The notes below the pieces were generated by a model. The model did not search any database. It had not been told where the DNA came from and saw nothing but the letters and a program-made list of their open reading frames with translations. From Mytilus edulis (Eukaryota), in the NCBI RefSeq assembly GCF_963676685.1, contig NC_092356.1:35774001-35838000 (forward strand): a DNA stretch of 64,000 nt, given 5' to 3'. The translations under genes and the position numbers were made by a program. Positions 1 to 13,494 of the stretch are shown here, one piece after another. The first letter of the stretch is position 1. Each line of letters opens with the position of its first letter.

Positions 1-3000
1 ATCATGAATGTTTCTTTGCTTATTTTGAAAAATTTGAACCATACAAGCGAATTATTATTTCACTTTCTCATTTTCCTTAATGTATGAAAGAACATTCCTG
101 TTGTATACTTTTTATGTATCTCGTAGCTAGTGCCCCTTTAAAACAAGATCATAACAAAATTTAAATATTATCATAGTATTAATTATTTTATGCTGCTTTA
201 GTATGGATTGATAAGTCTTTGCTTAATTTTTGTATATACGAGTTGTCGAATGTTTGACTTTCCTGCGTGCATGCAATAATATAAATTCTACTCGTGAATG
301 CACATTTTAGCTTTTCTCATCTAATTTCAGGACACAGTAGTAAGTGCTTGGCATTTGACTTTCAAGCACCAGCATCATATTTACGGTATTCTGACCTCTA
401 GCTGTTTCTTATTTGTTTTTTTATTGATCCACTATCCTTTTATAAACTTTGACATTTTGGAAAGGCTAAGGATTTTCTACTTTAGGAATAGATTACTTAA
501 CTTAGTACTTTATTTGACTTTTGTAACTTTTTTTCATTCAAGCGTCACTGGTGATTATTTGTAGACTTAACTCACGAAACATTGAGAAATTGGTATTTCC
601 AGTAGTGTCTGTGCATTTACTCATGAATCGTTCAACCAATGCTTATCAAATTTTAATATATTGTGACTGATGAAACTATTGAGGTCAAGTTTGATATTCA
701 CGATTTTCAGTTTTACCATATAGGAGTTTTGGTCCTTGTTATATTGATGAATGTCAGAACACAAATAAATGTTTAAAAATCCTGTTTACTGTCATTCTGC
801 CACCTCTTGTTCAAAATTGACCAATTTGTAACAGGATGTTCATTTAGTGGAGTGACTCCTTAACTTTTATACTTACTTGTGTAATGGGAGACAACTCACT
901 TAATCAAAAGTCTTTACAGCAATTATTCCTGCCCTACATCTTGCTCGCAGAACCTACCGGTTGAATTGATGATTATTTCCCTTGTTGAATTTTCATAATA
1001 AATCTATGATTGACACTGGATGTTTTAAACCAATCAATCAAAAAGGCTGAAATTACATCAGCAAAATATTGCTTTCCTTTATTGTAGGTAAGTTTTAAAG
1101 GTTATGAATTTTCTATAAGAGAAATCAGAGTGGCTGGTCTTTCTTTCTTCTTATACAACTGATAGAAATAATTTGCTTGAATTCGTTTTCTAATGAATGT
1201 ATATATACCATTACAAATGTGCGATATCAAGAGTTCTCTGATAAGAATTACATATACAATGTATTGTATACATCTTTCTTAAGCTGTTTCTAAAAACACC
1301 TGGATTGAGTCATTTCTTTTTGTTTATTCAATGTTTATCAATTACTAGCATGAAATTAACCTGAGAATGAAAAACAAATAATACAGTTGATAGGTAATTT
1401 CATCTGCAGACATAATAGTTATCAAATTTAATACGGAAGACGCGCGTTTCGTCTATAAAAGACTATCAGTCTATTACAACGATAAAATCTACTTCAGAAA
1501 AGAGTTTGAATAGAAGAAACTAAGGATGTACAGTTTAAATCAATAAATGTAAGATTTAAATAGCTGTGTAATTCATGCAAACATTTTTAAGTGCAAATGT
1601 TTCTTTGAAATTCTGTCACGGAGTATACCATAAAAACAGAAGAAACAAATTTTGTTACATAGAATATCTTTTTTAATGAAAATTGAAGCCCCTATGAATT
1701 TACATTTTGTAAATAAGAAGCAGTGCTGTCAAGCATGAATCAGACACTTACCAGGTAGTAGAGTTAAACAAGTTTTAACAAAAAATCAAATATGCAAAAA
1801 TAATAAACAAATGTATTCTTTGCTGACACAGTACAACTACAACTACCCTTGGTACATGAAACATTATATATTAAGATATGAATATTCCGCAACTTTCAAA
1901 TATTAAGTTTGATTTGGCATAGTGTCAAAAAGTAATGTATTTAGCCCTGAATAACCTTCACTGTTACTTCTACAAATGTTATGGATAAAAAAAATGGTTC
2001 TCCTGCAGTAGGTTTTTTTTGTCTGGATATTTTGTTAAGTTTTGGTACAGTGCATTGCAATTAGCAAATGTACGCATTGTCTGTAGTACATGTATTATAA
2101 CATGTACATGCATACCATTTATTTATAGCACACTGACAGATATAACTATATGAATTTGTTTTCATATAAAAATAAGAAGATGTGGTATAATTGCCAATAA
2201 GACAACTCTCTAGCAGAGACCACATGACATAGTAGTTATCATTTTTTGTGGTAAGGTTAAATGTGTTAGCTGAAGCTAACATGTAGCTGAAAACATGATA
2301 AAATAAGTATCATGTGCTGTTTCAAGCTTTGAGTTCAATTTCAGCCAAAAGGGTCATTAAAAAAAAGGAGAGGTGGTATGAATGCCAATGAGACAAATAT
2401 CCAACATAGGCAAATTGACATTGAAAACAGGGTACAATGCCATACAGGTCGTGTATAAATAAATATCTTACGTATTATGTCTCCTTGCATGACAGTTAAT
2501 TTTTCAAATTTTAAATGCGTGACTCATCGAACATTATAAATATTATATTTTAAATGCCTAGAGTTAATGCACAGGATATCGTGATGAAGTCTTGTTTCAC
2601 TAATGATTTCACATGTTCAGATAATATATTTGTGTAAAAGCAAACTTTTTGTTTCTTTTTGTGTTTGATCTGTATAAAGAAATTGGTCTTGCTATCTGAT
2701 ATTTACGAAACTGTTTTCCATTTTTGTAATGTCGCAATAGCGAAATCAGATTTAACTTCACAGCTGAAGCTTGACCAATGAATACAAAAGACATGTAAAT
2801 CATTGTAAAAATATAATTCATTTTGCAGTGAAATGTATTTTGGCATTTTCCCTCGAAATATGACTTAATTTGTGGAATTAAACGTCTGATTTGCAAACCT
2901 TCACTATTATCACAATAGGCTATTATAAATATTTGATCTACTCTTTATTTAGAAAATTTTATTAAAATATTAGAAGTTGCAATTTTTACCTTTCATATCT

Positions 3001-3638
3001 TTTGTTTCATTGATACAAAATAATATGAACACGTCCAGTGTTCGGTTTTATGTCATTTGAATAACTGTACACATTCGTGTACGTTCTGATTTAATAAGTG
3101 AAAATGTATTAAATAAATTAACAGTTTTCAGGTAAACTAATAACAAATGAATTCAATCAAATTGCGTAAAACACAATAAGACCGGTCCACACCATAAACA
3201 GTGATAGGGGTATACTGGGTAGGGAAAACGAGTTATTTTTAGTTCATTGTTGTGCAATAACAAATAATATTTCATCAAACAAACGGTTTGCTATAATTTC
3301 GAAAATTTGCTATTAGTTCAAAAATTGTCGTTTTGTATTTGTATAGTTTTCGGATCTTTCATTTCCGTATTTAATGTAATAGAAAGTTTAGGCTTCAAAA
3401 GTCTACATAATAATTCACTTTAAACAGGAAAATTCGCACTTTCAACACATTTAATGTGTCTCAAAAAATATATGTATACAACGTAAAATCATTTCTTAAA
3501 ACATTGCAAATAAAATCATTCTGAATGATACTGTGGTATTTTCATAAAATGGGTACAAATGAACCGTTGTATAGCAAACATATAACTCCCCCACAAAATG
3601 TGATCACATACTATAATCGTTGTCTCATTCACGTTTAA

Positions 3639-3911
3639 AGGCGTAACTTACACTACAGGGAGAGAACTCTTTAAAATCAGATACACATTTCAATCACGTT
3701 GTATTGTTAAGGAAATATAAAGCTTCTCAATGATCAAAATTATTGTTTGTCAAACTGCTATATATCCAACCATTTTTTTCCGAGAAAGTGATTGGTTCAA
3801 GTTTTGTCAAAAAATACATTTTTTTCAAAGGTTCAAAGTAAATATTCTGTCAAAATTTTATGAAAATTATACGAGCCAAGCTAATATTAGTCAAAGTGTA
3901 GGGTACCACCT
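3639..3911. mobile_element. Degenerate TTAA-type MITE
   Basis: TTAA AGGCGTAACTTACACT ... AGTGTAGGGTACCACCT TTAT, imperfect TIRs. Confidence 0.5.
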
Positions 3912-6900
3912 TTATTTGGTTATTTTAAGGGATATATATTGATTGTTGTTATCTGTTTATATGTCTGCTTTAGTATGGACTTGGTGGTTGATTTGATCGG
4001 TGTTACTGAGTGTACGTTACATTTTCAACTTTTCCAATCACTCGTTTTATGCATTATATTTGATGGCATTGATACTATCAAATCAGGGTACACGACTTAC
4101 AAAAAAGAATATAAATAAATGCTATCCCAATTGTCATATTACAATGTTATAAACAGGATCGGCAGATAACTGTTTTAACTGAAACTAATCAAACAAACAA
4201 CAACTAACTTGAGTATTTGACGTGCATCGTACCATATCACTGCATTCATCAGAAAAGAAAAGTCTGTCATTTTTAACGTGGACACAAAATATTCCAAAAA
4301 CTTCAATTGGTAATGAAGTCCATAACTGTCCGAACAAGTCCATTTCTTATCAAAATTCCTTCAGACTAGACAACGACAAATAATCTACTTTTATCGTATG
4401 AAATACCTTTATAACAGTTGTTTTTGAAAACAAATCGTGCTCTGATAGATAATTGATCGTATTAATTATTCCGATTCTTGTTCAAGTTCTGCATAGAGAA
4501 AAGTTGGTTTGCATGGACCGAAGTTTATTATAAACAAGTATGGATTGTTTTGGGCTTACATACTAGGTTTGGCCTGTTGTATAGTCAAACTAAATCTATT
4601 TTGAATGAAACACTATTTAGATTTAACACACAAAGATAATTTGAAATTTAAATTAAAATTTACGCATAACATATTTAAGATTGATATTTTTGCAATACCT
4701 GATGAAACAACTGATAACGATCGACCAGTATGGATTTATATATCGTTAAGGACAAATAGTTATGTCACTTTTATTTAATTGTAAGTATTTCATATATTGG
4801 TAAAGATAAGCAAATAGAAAGAGAATTATATGGTTGCATCTGCATTGTAGCAAAAGTTATCACTATTTCGTAAGAGTTTCTTGGCACCTTTTCAAATATT
4901 TCACTTATCATTCATATTTTTCATTCATTTTCCAAGCATTTTTTATTTAACATCTCCAACCTCAACTCAACACCTTAAAACATTTAGCCCACCGTCAAGC
5001 GGGGGATGGTTCACTGCCACGCATGGGCCGTCAAATGAAGCTTCGCTTTGTCATTCTTTTGTCAGTTGTGTTGTTAAAGTTGAGCGTAGTGGCTTGTCAG
5101 CTGGTTTACTTTCCACGAAAGAATCGCTTCCCGACAAGGTCCTGGAGCAAAATTATTCGTAAGATAATTTATGATTTCCCAAGGCCAAACAATTTGATAT
5201 GTTTTATATGTTTAGTACAGGAAATATGTTTTCATTTTATTTAGTGTAATTTTCATAATAAATATATTACATTAAAACCGTTTCGTTTAGTAGCAATGGT
5301 TCCGTGACAAAGTTATTATTGAATCTACAGTATACTGACACTACACTAAGATAAAATTCACCAGACAGAATCTTTTAACACATTTGACCTCAGATTTTTA
5401 ACAGATGTTAAAGTTTAAAACAGTGAAGCTAATGAGCATATCGACACACAATTTTTCACAGTTTGATGTCCTGCGAAGATTCTCATACTACATGTAACTG
5501 ATTGATTGATAATGGGAATCAAATGATTATTACAGAGTCTACAATGTCAAATTTCTCACAAATCATATTGTGCTATTACACATGTATTGCAAACTGCTTA
5601 ACATGAGACTTATGGTTTAATCGACATTGAAACCAGCATCACAGTTGGATACAACCTTTAACATGTTTAATAATATTAAATTTTACATGATTTCACTTCG
5701 ACTATTGAACTATATTTAGATACACAGATTATTATGTGGGAAACTCGTGTCATTCTCGGATATAAAGTTATTGGGTAATTGGATTGGATGCTTACATGGT
5801 TGATCGGTTGTTGGTGTAGTTCAGTGGCAAATATTACATGCATATATACATGACGGGAAAAACATAAAACATATTTTGAAACAGAATTTCGACTGTCAGT
5901 TTTACACAAATACACACAGGAAAAAAGAGTAAATAAATGGTAGATTATAGAATTGTACAATCATGGTTGATAGACGAGTTGATTATTACCAGCTGTTAAA
6001 TGGTGCTGATGACTTTTCATTCACGTTATTTCTAAAAGCTTGTTTTTTATGCTTTTTGTAAATTATCACAATAACAAAACTAACTGCTTACATTTTAAGT
6101 TTTATATGACTATGTAATTCTCATGAATATGTTATACGTTCCACGTATAGAGAACACTATATTAAGTCATCAAACATGATGAAAAAGGGAAATAAGTCTA
6201 AAAATGGCTTTTGCAATGAAATTGGCAACCAAGCATATTATATATTGTTTTGTTTTTTATATTTTGAGAATGCGTGTTGTTTCTGAACTCTACCTTTTGG
6301 TTTTGTTCTTTTTGTAAAATTCTATTTGTCCCTCATTACAAAACTTTCATATAAAGGATATTTGTTATATACATATAAAATCCCTTTTAAATACTTTTCA
6401 TTGAATTCATACTGTTATCAGCTTGTTTAATGTAAAAGAAAAGAAAAATTACTCACAATTTGTATTATAAATATAAAAGAATTTTATAGTATTAGAGTTT
6501 CATATTTTATAGCATGCAACTTATGCAAACTTGTCATACGAATTATCCCTTGCTTTAAACTGATGAGTGTCTTTAACTTGGAACATATTTGTTCATTAAT
6601 GATCTATGAAATGTCTAACATGACATACTTTAAGGTCATAATTGAGTAGAATATGAATGTTTTTTGTTTGAATATTAGTAAAAGTGCAATAGTGAAATGA
6701 TAGATCGCGTTTAACAGTATGGTAAAGACACATCACCATCGTATGCATGTGGCTTTCAATTTAACCCATTTACCAGAGATTGGTACTAGTAATGCATGTA
6801 TTATCCATCATGTTCAGCAATTTAAAAAAAATGTCAACTTTAGAAGTGAAACAAATGTGAACCAGTTTGTTGCCTGATTCGATTCACACAATAATAATAA

Positions 6901-9900
6901 TTCTACAAGTAAACAAGAAATTCAACGTCTTTTTCCATCTATAGCATGAAATCAAACAGAACTAAAAAGGTTCAATTGCAGGAGGTCGCTATCTATTAAT
7001 TGATATGTCTATGTTTATATCGTGTAATGTGACCATCAATAGTCTTCGAAGATCATCATAATGGCTACTAAGATGCTGTAAAGACTAAAATACTTACCAA
7101 TGCGAATATGTAATATCGAGTCTTGTTAATTGTTTATTGCAGACTATAATTTGAAATAATATAAATCAAATATGAGCTATTGAGTCAAATTGCTAAGCAC
7201 TAACGCAACAGTTAAATAAATGAGTACTTTAAATAGAATTAAAGAAAAATAATTATGGTACAAAAATCAATGATATGCGAAAACAACGATTTGTTTTTGT
7301 ACATACAAATGTATATGTTGCATCACATCATTGTAAATCCTGTCAAAGTTTTATGACCCCGTTCAAACTAGGGACCTTGTCAATGATTGTCTTTTGTTAT
7401 ACTTTAAATGGTTTTTAAATACTCTCCTCCCAATTTAAACCTTCTGTAACTCCCACGGATTTTCAGAAGGTGTTTATTGAATTATGCTCTAAATTTAAAT
7501 AGCCCCAAAACATTGTTTGAAAACTTGTATTTCAAAGACAGTTTTAAATCTTAACTATTCAATAGACTTTTCATACTGTATAACATAATTCTTATTTTAT
7601 ACAATTCAAATTCTTAACATCGTTTGTAAATGTTTTCATGTTTTGACGACTTTCAGTTTTCCATTCGTGCATTTACCATTAAAATCCTTATATTCTAATA
7701 ACTTATTATTTATTGATGTCCTTTACACGATCTAACATGAGGTAAATCTTTCAGCAAAGTCATAAGACATGAGAGAAGGATTGGAACTGCTCAAACAGAT
7801 TTTGACTTTGCCTATCATCTTACATGAAATAGGAATAAAGTCATATTAGAATCAGGTTTTACTTATTTATACTATATTCACCATGATCGTATATGTTTCT
7901 AATATCTTAGTTTAATTCTGTTAAAGTGCGACGTAACCACGTTAGCTATATTCAAAAGATCTTCCTTCGTATGGACTGTTGACACTATTGTATCGTTCTC
8001 TTTTTCTGATATGACACAATTGTACAAAAATGCCATGCGAAAGCCAAAAATGAAAATTATTACTACAAAAGTGTGTGAAAAATAAAATTACAAAAATATT
8101 GAACTCCAATGAAAATCTAAAACGGAAAATCCCTAATCAAATGGGAAATCAAATGTTTAAACACATAAAACGATTAGACAACAACTGTCATATTCCTGAC
8201 TTGGTACAGGTATTTTCAAATGTAGAAATTAGATAGACACATAATCATTGATTAAGTAGCAGGGAATTCATTTTTTTTCATATAAATATTTACGTATAAC
8301 CTGCTTATAGCATTGAAAAAAGATTAGCTTGATTTTGCTCTGACTCATTGCAGTATAAAGTAGTTAAAGACCAAACTAACATATGCCTATTTTAATTTTT
8401 CCGTTAACTAATGAACTCTTAATTGTTTTTATTGTTCGTTACGTTTAAATGAAATAATGTCTTTACTTGGAGAATTTTGATTCGCCTCGGTTTCAAAATC
8501 TTTCATAAAGTTTTACTCGAATTTTCCCTAAAATTCGAAATTGATTCGGGCAATACGACGGATTTTACATGTTGAACATGATCTGCTTACTCTTACTTAG
8601 CATCTGAGACGACTTCCCGTAAATGGAGGGGTTCGTGTTGGTAACGCTTTTCATGTCTTTTTATGCTATTGTTTATCTTTTGGTCCATAATCGTATTTTA
8701 CCACTTTCAGTTCTGTTTCAAATAATGAGTTTTACTTTGAATGTCGTTTGTATTATTCGCCTTTCGTTTACTTCACAACTGAAATTGGAATGGTACTTGA
8801 AATTGTTATATCACTTATAGACAATGAGTTGTTTTGTTTTATTCGCATGGAAGTTTTGGAGAAGAAGAATTATCAATTTTTGAAGTGTTCAGATATACAT
8901 CTACATCTGGTGAAAATGCACAAACGAACTCAACTACAACATGTACAATATGTCTAAACTACGCCGACAAAATATGTTTAGACTCGATGGTATCTAACAT
9001 CCGGCAGGATGACGGAACATCATTAGACAGAGAAATGGTAGGTTTCTGCTTATTTCTTTATTTTATTTTTTAATATCGAAGAATGTATATGCATATACAA
9101 ATATTTTCTATTGTGAGATGTTATATTTTCTACAAGCGTTCTAGATTTACGGAGATATCAGTAAAAATGCATGTCAAAATAACGAATTGAGCGAACCTTG
9201 CCTCGAATTTGTTTAATTTCTTGTTATATTATTCCCATTTTACAGAAAAAAAGTACAGAAAGAAAGATATTGACATGGTTTTTGCAAAACTAATCACTTT
9301 GATCACCTCAATACTTGTAATTCTGTGTTTATGGAATGCAAGAAATTGGTCATGTCAAAGTGGAATAAACCGGTTTTTTCAATGTGTACCACCCGGTTTT
9401 GTCCTAGATTTCACAATGCATAGCTTTGTTTTGTCAAAGAAAAAAAACCAATAATCGTATTGACAATTCTACTTCAGCGTTAAAAAGGAGTTTGGTGGCT
9501 CGTTGGGAAATGAATTCTTTCAGAGGACATTCTTATTATTTATTTGAATCTCAGATCAAAATGAATAATAAGTAACATTTAAAATTCGAATTTATTCATG
9601 CTATTAAAACAAGTATCATGCATTTAAAAAAGATTTTTATAACTAATGGTAACTTCAAACTAAGTATAAATATATCATAATTCTGTTGGTTTTTTTTTTA
9701 AAATAAATTGATAGATAATTGATTGGTATAATCATTTGAATCTTGTTTTGCCATTTCAAATCATGCAATAATCAAATTGATTAAGATTTCTACATTTCAT
9801 AGAAGGTGATTGTGATCTATCATATGATTGTGATCTATCATAAGTTTCAATTTAACATCAAACATGTCATATTCTGAAACATACTTGTGGAAAGCTAGAT

Positions 9901-10455
9901 TTTTAAAGACAATCTATTATGAAATCTGAAACATTTTATCGTATATAATTTATATTGAGTTAGTTGACATGTAATTGATACAATCTAAGCCGTCCGTAGA
10001 TATCGAAGATGACATTATTCTGGGAAATCCTTTTGATACAATCTGTATATATATATAGAGTCTATGACTTCGTCGAAGTTTATGGACATTGAAAGAACAG
10101 GGGGTTCTCCAATTATTTTTGCGGTCTCAGGTAGGTTTTCACTATCCATTTCTTTTTTTGGGCTTCCATATATATTTCTATTTATATTTCTAAATGTTTC
10201 AAGAGTGATCGGATTTTGTTTTTGTTTTCAGAAATAAAAGATATAAAATCATAGTTTGATGACGTTTTATTGATAAACATCTATTTATATAAAGACAAAT
10301 ATGCGACTTACATAAGCATTGATAAGGGTTTACATTCAGGACAACGAAAGTTTAAGACAATTAAAGGGGTCATAAAACGGTTTCCCACGTATCTTTCAAC
10401 AATGAAAATCATGCTTTGATTATAGTTATCAAAAGTACCAGGATTATAATTTTAT

Positions 10456-10499
10456 ACGCCAGACGCGCGTTTCGTCTACATAAGACTCATCAGTGACGC
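10456..10499 (-). ncRNA. Type I hammerhead ribozyme (minimal, palindromic stem III)
   Basis: Minus strand reads GCGTCA CTGATGA GTC TTATGTA GAC GAAA CGCGCG TC^TGGCGT with an intact core. Predicted cut between 10462 and 10461. Confidence 0.9.
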
Positions 10500-10810
10500 T
10501 CAGATCAAAATAGTTAAAAAGCCAAATAAATACAAAGTTGAAGAGCATTGAGGATCCAAAATTCCAAAAAGTTGTGCCAAATACGGCTAAGGCAATCTAC
10601 TCCTGGGGTAAGAAAATCCTTAGTTTTTCGAAAAATTCAAAGTTTGGTAAACAGAAAATTTATAAAAATGACCATATAATTGATATTCATGTCAACACCG
10701 AAGTGCTGACTACTGGGCTGGTGATACCCTCGGGGACGAAACGTCCACCAGCAGTGGCATCGACCCAGTGGTGTAAATAGTTATCAAAAGTACCAGGATT
10801 ATAATTTTAT

Positions 10811-10854
10811 ACGCCAGACGCGCGTTTCGTCTACATAAGACTCATCAGTGACGC
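10811..10854 (-). ncRNA. Type I hammerhead ribozyme, second tandem copy
   Basis: Identical to 10456..10499, offset by 355 nt. Confidence 0.9.
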
Positions 10855-11680
10855 TCAGATCAAAATAGTTAAAAAGCCAAATAAATACAAAGTTGAAGAG
10901 CATTGAGGATCCAAAATTCCAAAAAGTTGTGCCAAATACGGCTAAGGCAATCTACTCCTGGGGTAAGAAAATCCTTAGTTTTTCGAAAAATTCAAAGTTT
11001 GGTAAACAGAAAATTTATAAAAATGACCATATAATTGATATTCATGTCAACACCGAAGTGCTGACTACTGGGCTGGTGATACCCTCGGGGACGAAACGTC
11101 CACCAGCAGTGGCATCGACCCAGTGGTGTAAATAGTTATCAATTATTATATTTTTTATGATTTTCAACTAAATTTGAATATACATGTAAAACCGGACGTA
11201 AGCATCTGGTTGGATATTGAAAATCGAATATCGAATATCAAATAACGAAATACTAGATTTGACATGTTGTCTAGTCCATTTAAATTGATTTTAAATGAAA
11301 TGAAATACTTTTAATTTAACACACAAAGATAAAGGACACGGAAATCAATATTTACGCATAACATATAGAAGATCAAACAACTGATAACTGTCGACCAGCA
11401 ATGGATTTATAGTATCGTTAAGGCAAAATATTTATGTCTCTTCTATTTGATTGTAAGTATTTCATATATTGGTAAATATAAGCAGATAGATAGAGAATCA
11501 TATGTTTGTATGTGCATTGTAGCAAAATTTATTTTTAATATCCTTATAACAATGTTCATCGAAATGTTCTAGTATCCGCGGTCATATCTATAGTTATTCT
11601 ATCGATCGCCATTGTTTTAAAAAGTGTCGACAAAAAAATAAACATACTACATAATGCATATGTAATAATTTCTTTCGGTA

Positions 11681-12060
11681 TATAGATATAGGAAGATGTG
11701 GTGTGAGTGCCAATGAGACAACTCTCCATACAAATAACAATTTAAAAAGTAAACCATTATAGGTTAAAGTACGGCCTTCAACACGGAGCCTTGGCTCACA
11801 CCGAACAACAAGCTATAAAGGGCCCCAAAATTACTAGTGTAAAACCATTCAAACGGGAAAACCAACGGTCTAATCTATATAAACAAAACGAGAAACGAGA
11901 AACACGTATATATTACATAAACAAACGACAACTACTGTACATCAGATTCCTGACTTAGGACAGGTGCAAACATTTGCAGCAGGATTAAACGTTTTAATGG
12001 ATCCAAACCTTCTCCCTTTTTCTGAAACAACAGCATAACATCACAACAAAGAAAAAACAT
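11681..12060 (-). mobile_element. Family E short dispersed element (about 380 bp) carrying a twister motif
   Basis: AAGATGTGGT..GCCAATGAGACAACT end, also seen near 2170, 2368, 16873, 33490-33738 (inverted), 38626, 48578, 58186-58437 (inverted) and 58580. Confidence 0.75.
11942..12025 (-). ncRNA. Twister ribozyme-like motif, type-P5 permutation (repeat family E)
   Basis: Minus strand reads TCAGA aaaa GGGA GAAGG tttggatccattaaaacgtt T^AA TCCT GC TGCAAAtgTTTGCA CCTG TCCTAAGT CAGG aa TCTGA. P5, P2, P3, P4 and both pseudoknots pair; P1 is atypical. Confidence 0.75.
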
Positions 12061-12230
12061 AGATTGTTATTAAGGAATTATATTTCCGAAGGAATCAAAA
12101 CTAATTACATGTGTTTAAAGAAATCTAACTGACGTAATTATTTGATTTTTCATACAGAAGGGGCCAAACGGAAGGCGCTTTTTTAAATTATCTATTCACC
12201 TAGATAATCATGTACACCAGTTTTGTTTAA

Positions 12231-12631
12231 GGATGTACTTAGGTGAGGTTTTTGAATTTGTGTCAAATTTTCAGACTCCTTGATGTTTTTCCATACAAGA
12301 CAATGTAAAATATTTTGCCCCATAAAACCCATTTATGTTTTTCATATTAGACTTAATAGCTCATGAAAGGCCATTTACCAAAATTTGAGAAGATTCTTAA
12401 TTTTCTTTCTTTTGTTTTGAGATCCAAATAATACCAATGCAAATATAAGGTAAAAGTCCGAGTCAGCCTTTTTCCGCCATATTTTAAATCTCAAATATCT
12501 CGAAAAGGAGGTCCATGACCTGTCAATATTTTCAGCTTATCTTTATCCTTAATTGATGCTCTACCAGCTCATAGTATCAATTTTAATTTCTTAATTTCGT
12601 AATTGTTACCTAACCTCACCTAAGTACATCC
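12231..12631. mobile_element. MITE with 20-bp perfect TIRs and TTAA target duplication (Kolobok-like)
   Basis: TTAA GGATGTACTTAGGTGAGGTT ... AACCTCACCTAAGTACATCC TTAA. Confidence 0.85.
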
Positions 12632-13494
12632 TTAATTATGTGTTAACTATAGGCGGGTAGGTAGTATTTCCTGGCCCATAAGGGATAATGATAGCCATTT
12701 AAGGAATTTTCACCACTTTCTAACACTGGCAAACATTTACTCACACAGTTAACTGAAGTACTTTCATTATACTAGTACTAATCAGAAATGAGTTTTAATA
12801 CGTTTCATGGCCTTTTACTTTTTTTGCTATTTCTCAAAATCTTAGACTAGTGCTTTTATGTTTTTTTTTATCATGCAGTGAATACAAAAAATAAACAAAT
12901 CTCAATAAATCACTTTCACCTGTATGTAAAACTATTTCATATGATTCTACACTTCGTTCATCCCGGAAAGTATGTTCAGTTAGTACTGTATTTTTCGTCC
13001 AATCACACTGTTCACATACACTGACTTAATTAGGGTACACAAAAAAAAGAGCAACCTATGTTCCGGAATGCAAATACAACCGTGCTACCTTAACTAAGAC
13101 ATCACAAACTTGAAACCAGTCATGACACCTATGATGCATAGCCCTCTTACTTTGAATCATATTACAATAATGAATACAAGTCAGAACTTATTTCTCACCA
13201 ACAAAATATAAAAGATTAAACCCCTACCACAGCTGGTATATTTTCACTTTTTTCATCTTAACATTTCTCGCAAGAAGTGATCGAAACCCAAATATATGAT
13301 GTTTCAAATCAATACTTAAGTAAAACATGGTGATTTAGGAGGGATTATTGGAATGCCAACTCTATTTCTAGTTAATTCGACTGATAGAAACAGTGTATTT
13401 CCATATCTTTTATACGTGCACAATTAATTAGTTACGACATATCATACAATGACAGTAAATCCTATTTCTTTTCTGCTCTTTGAAGCGTTAAAAT

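Larger units (their letters stand above)
10422..11142 (-). mobile_element. Non-LTR retrozyme: two apparently identical 355-bp tandem units plus 11 nt
   Basis: ATAGTTATCAA recurs at 10422, 10777 and 11132. Each unit has a type I hammerhead on the minus strand. Confidence 0.88.

Noticed and set aside
6559-6600. CTGATGAG as a hammerhead core
   Set aside because: No stem II, GAAA or cleavage triplet follows.
8834-9037. Exon-like ORF ending in GTAGGT
   Set aside because: The paralogous block at 45720-45830 does not conserve the frame, and no compatible flanking exons were found.
10538-11135. Two identical 80-aa ORFs
   Set aside because: They start at TTG on the antisense strand of the retrozyme units and show no protein features.
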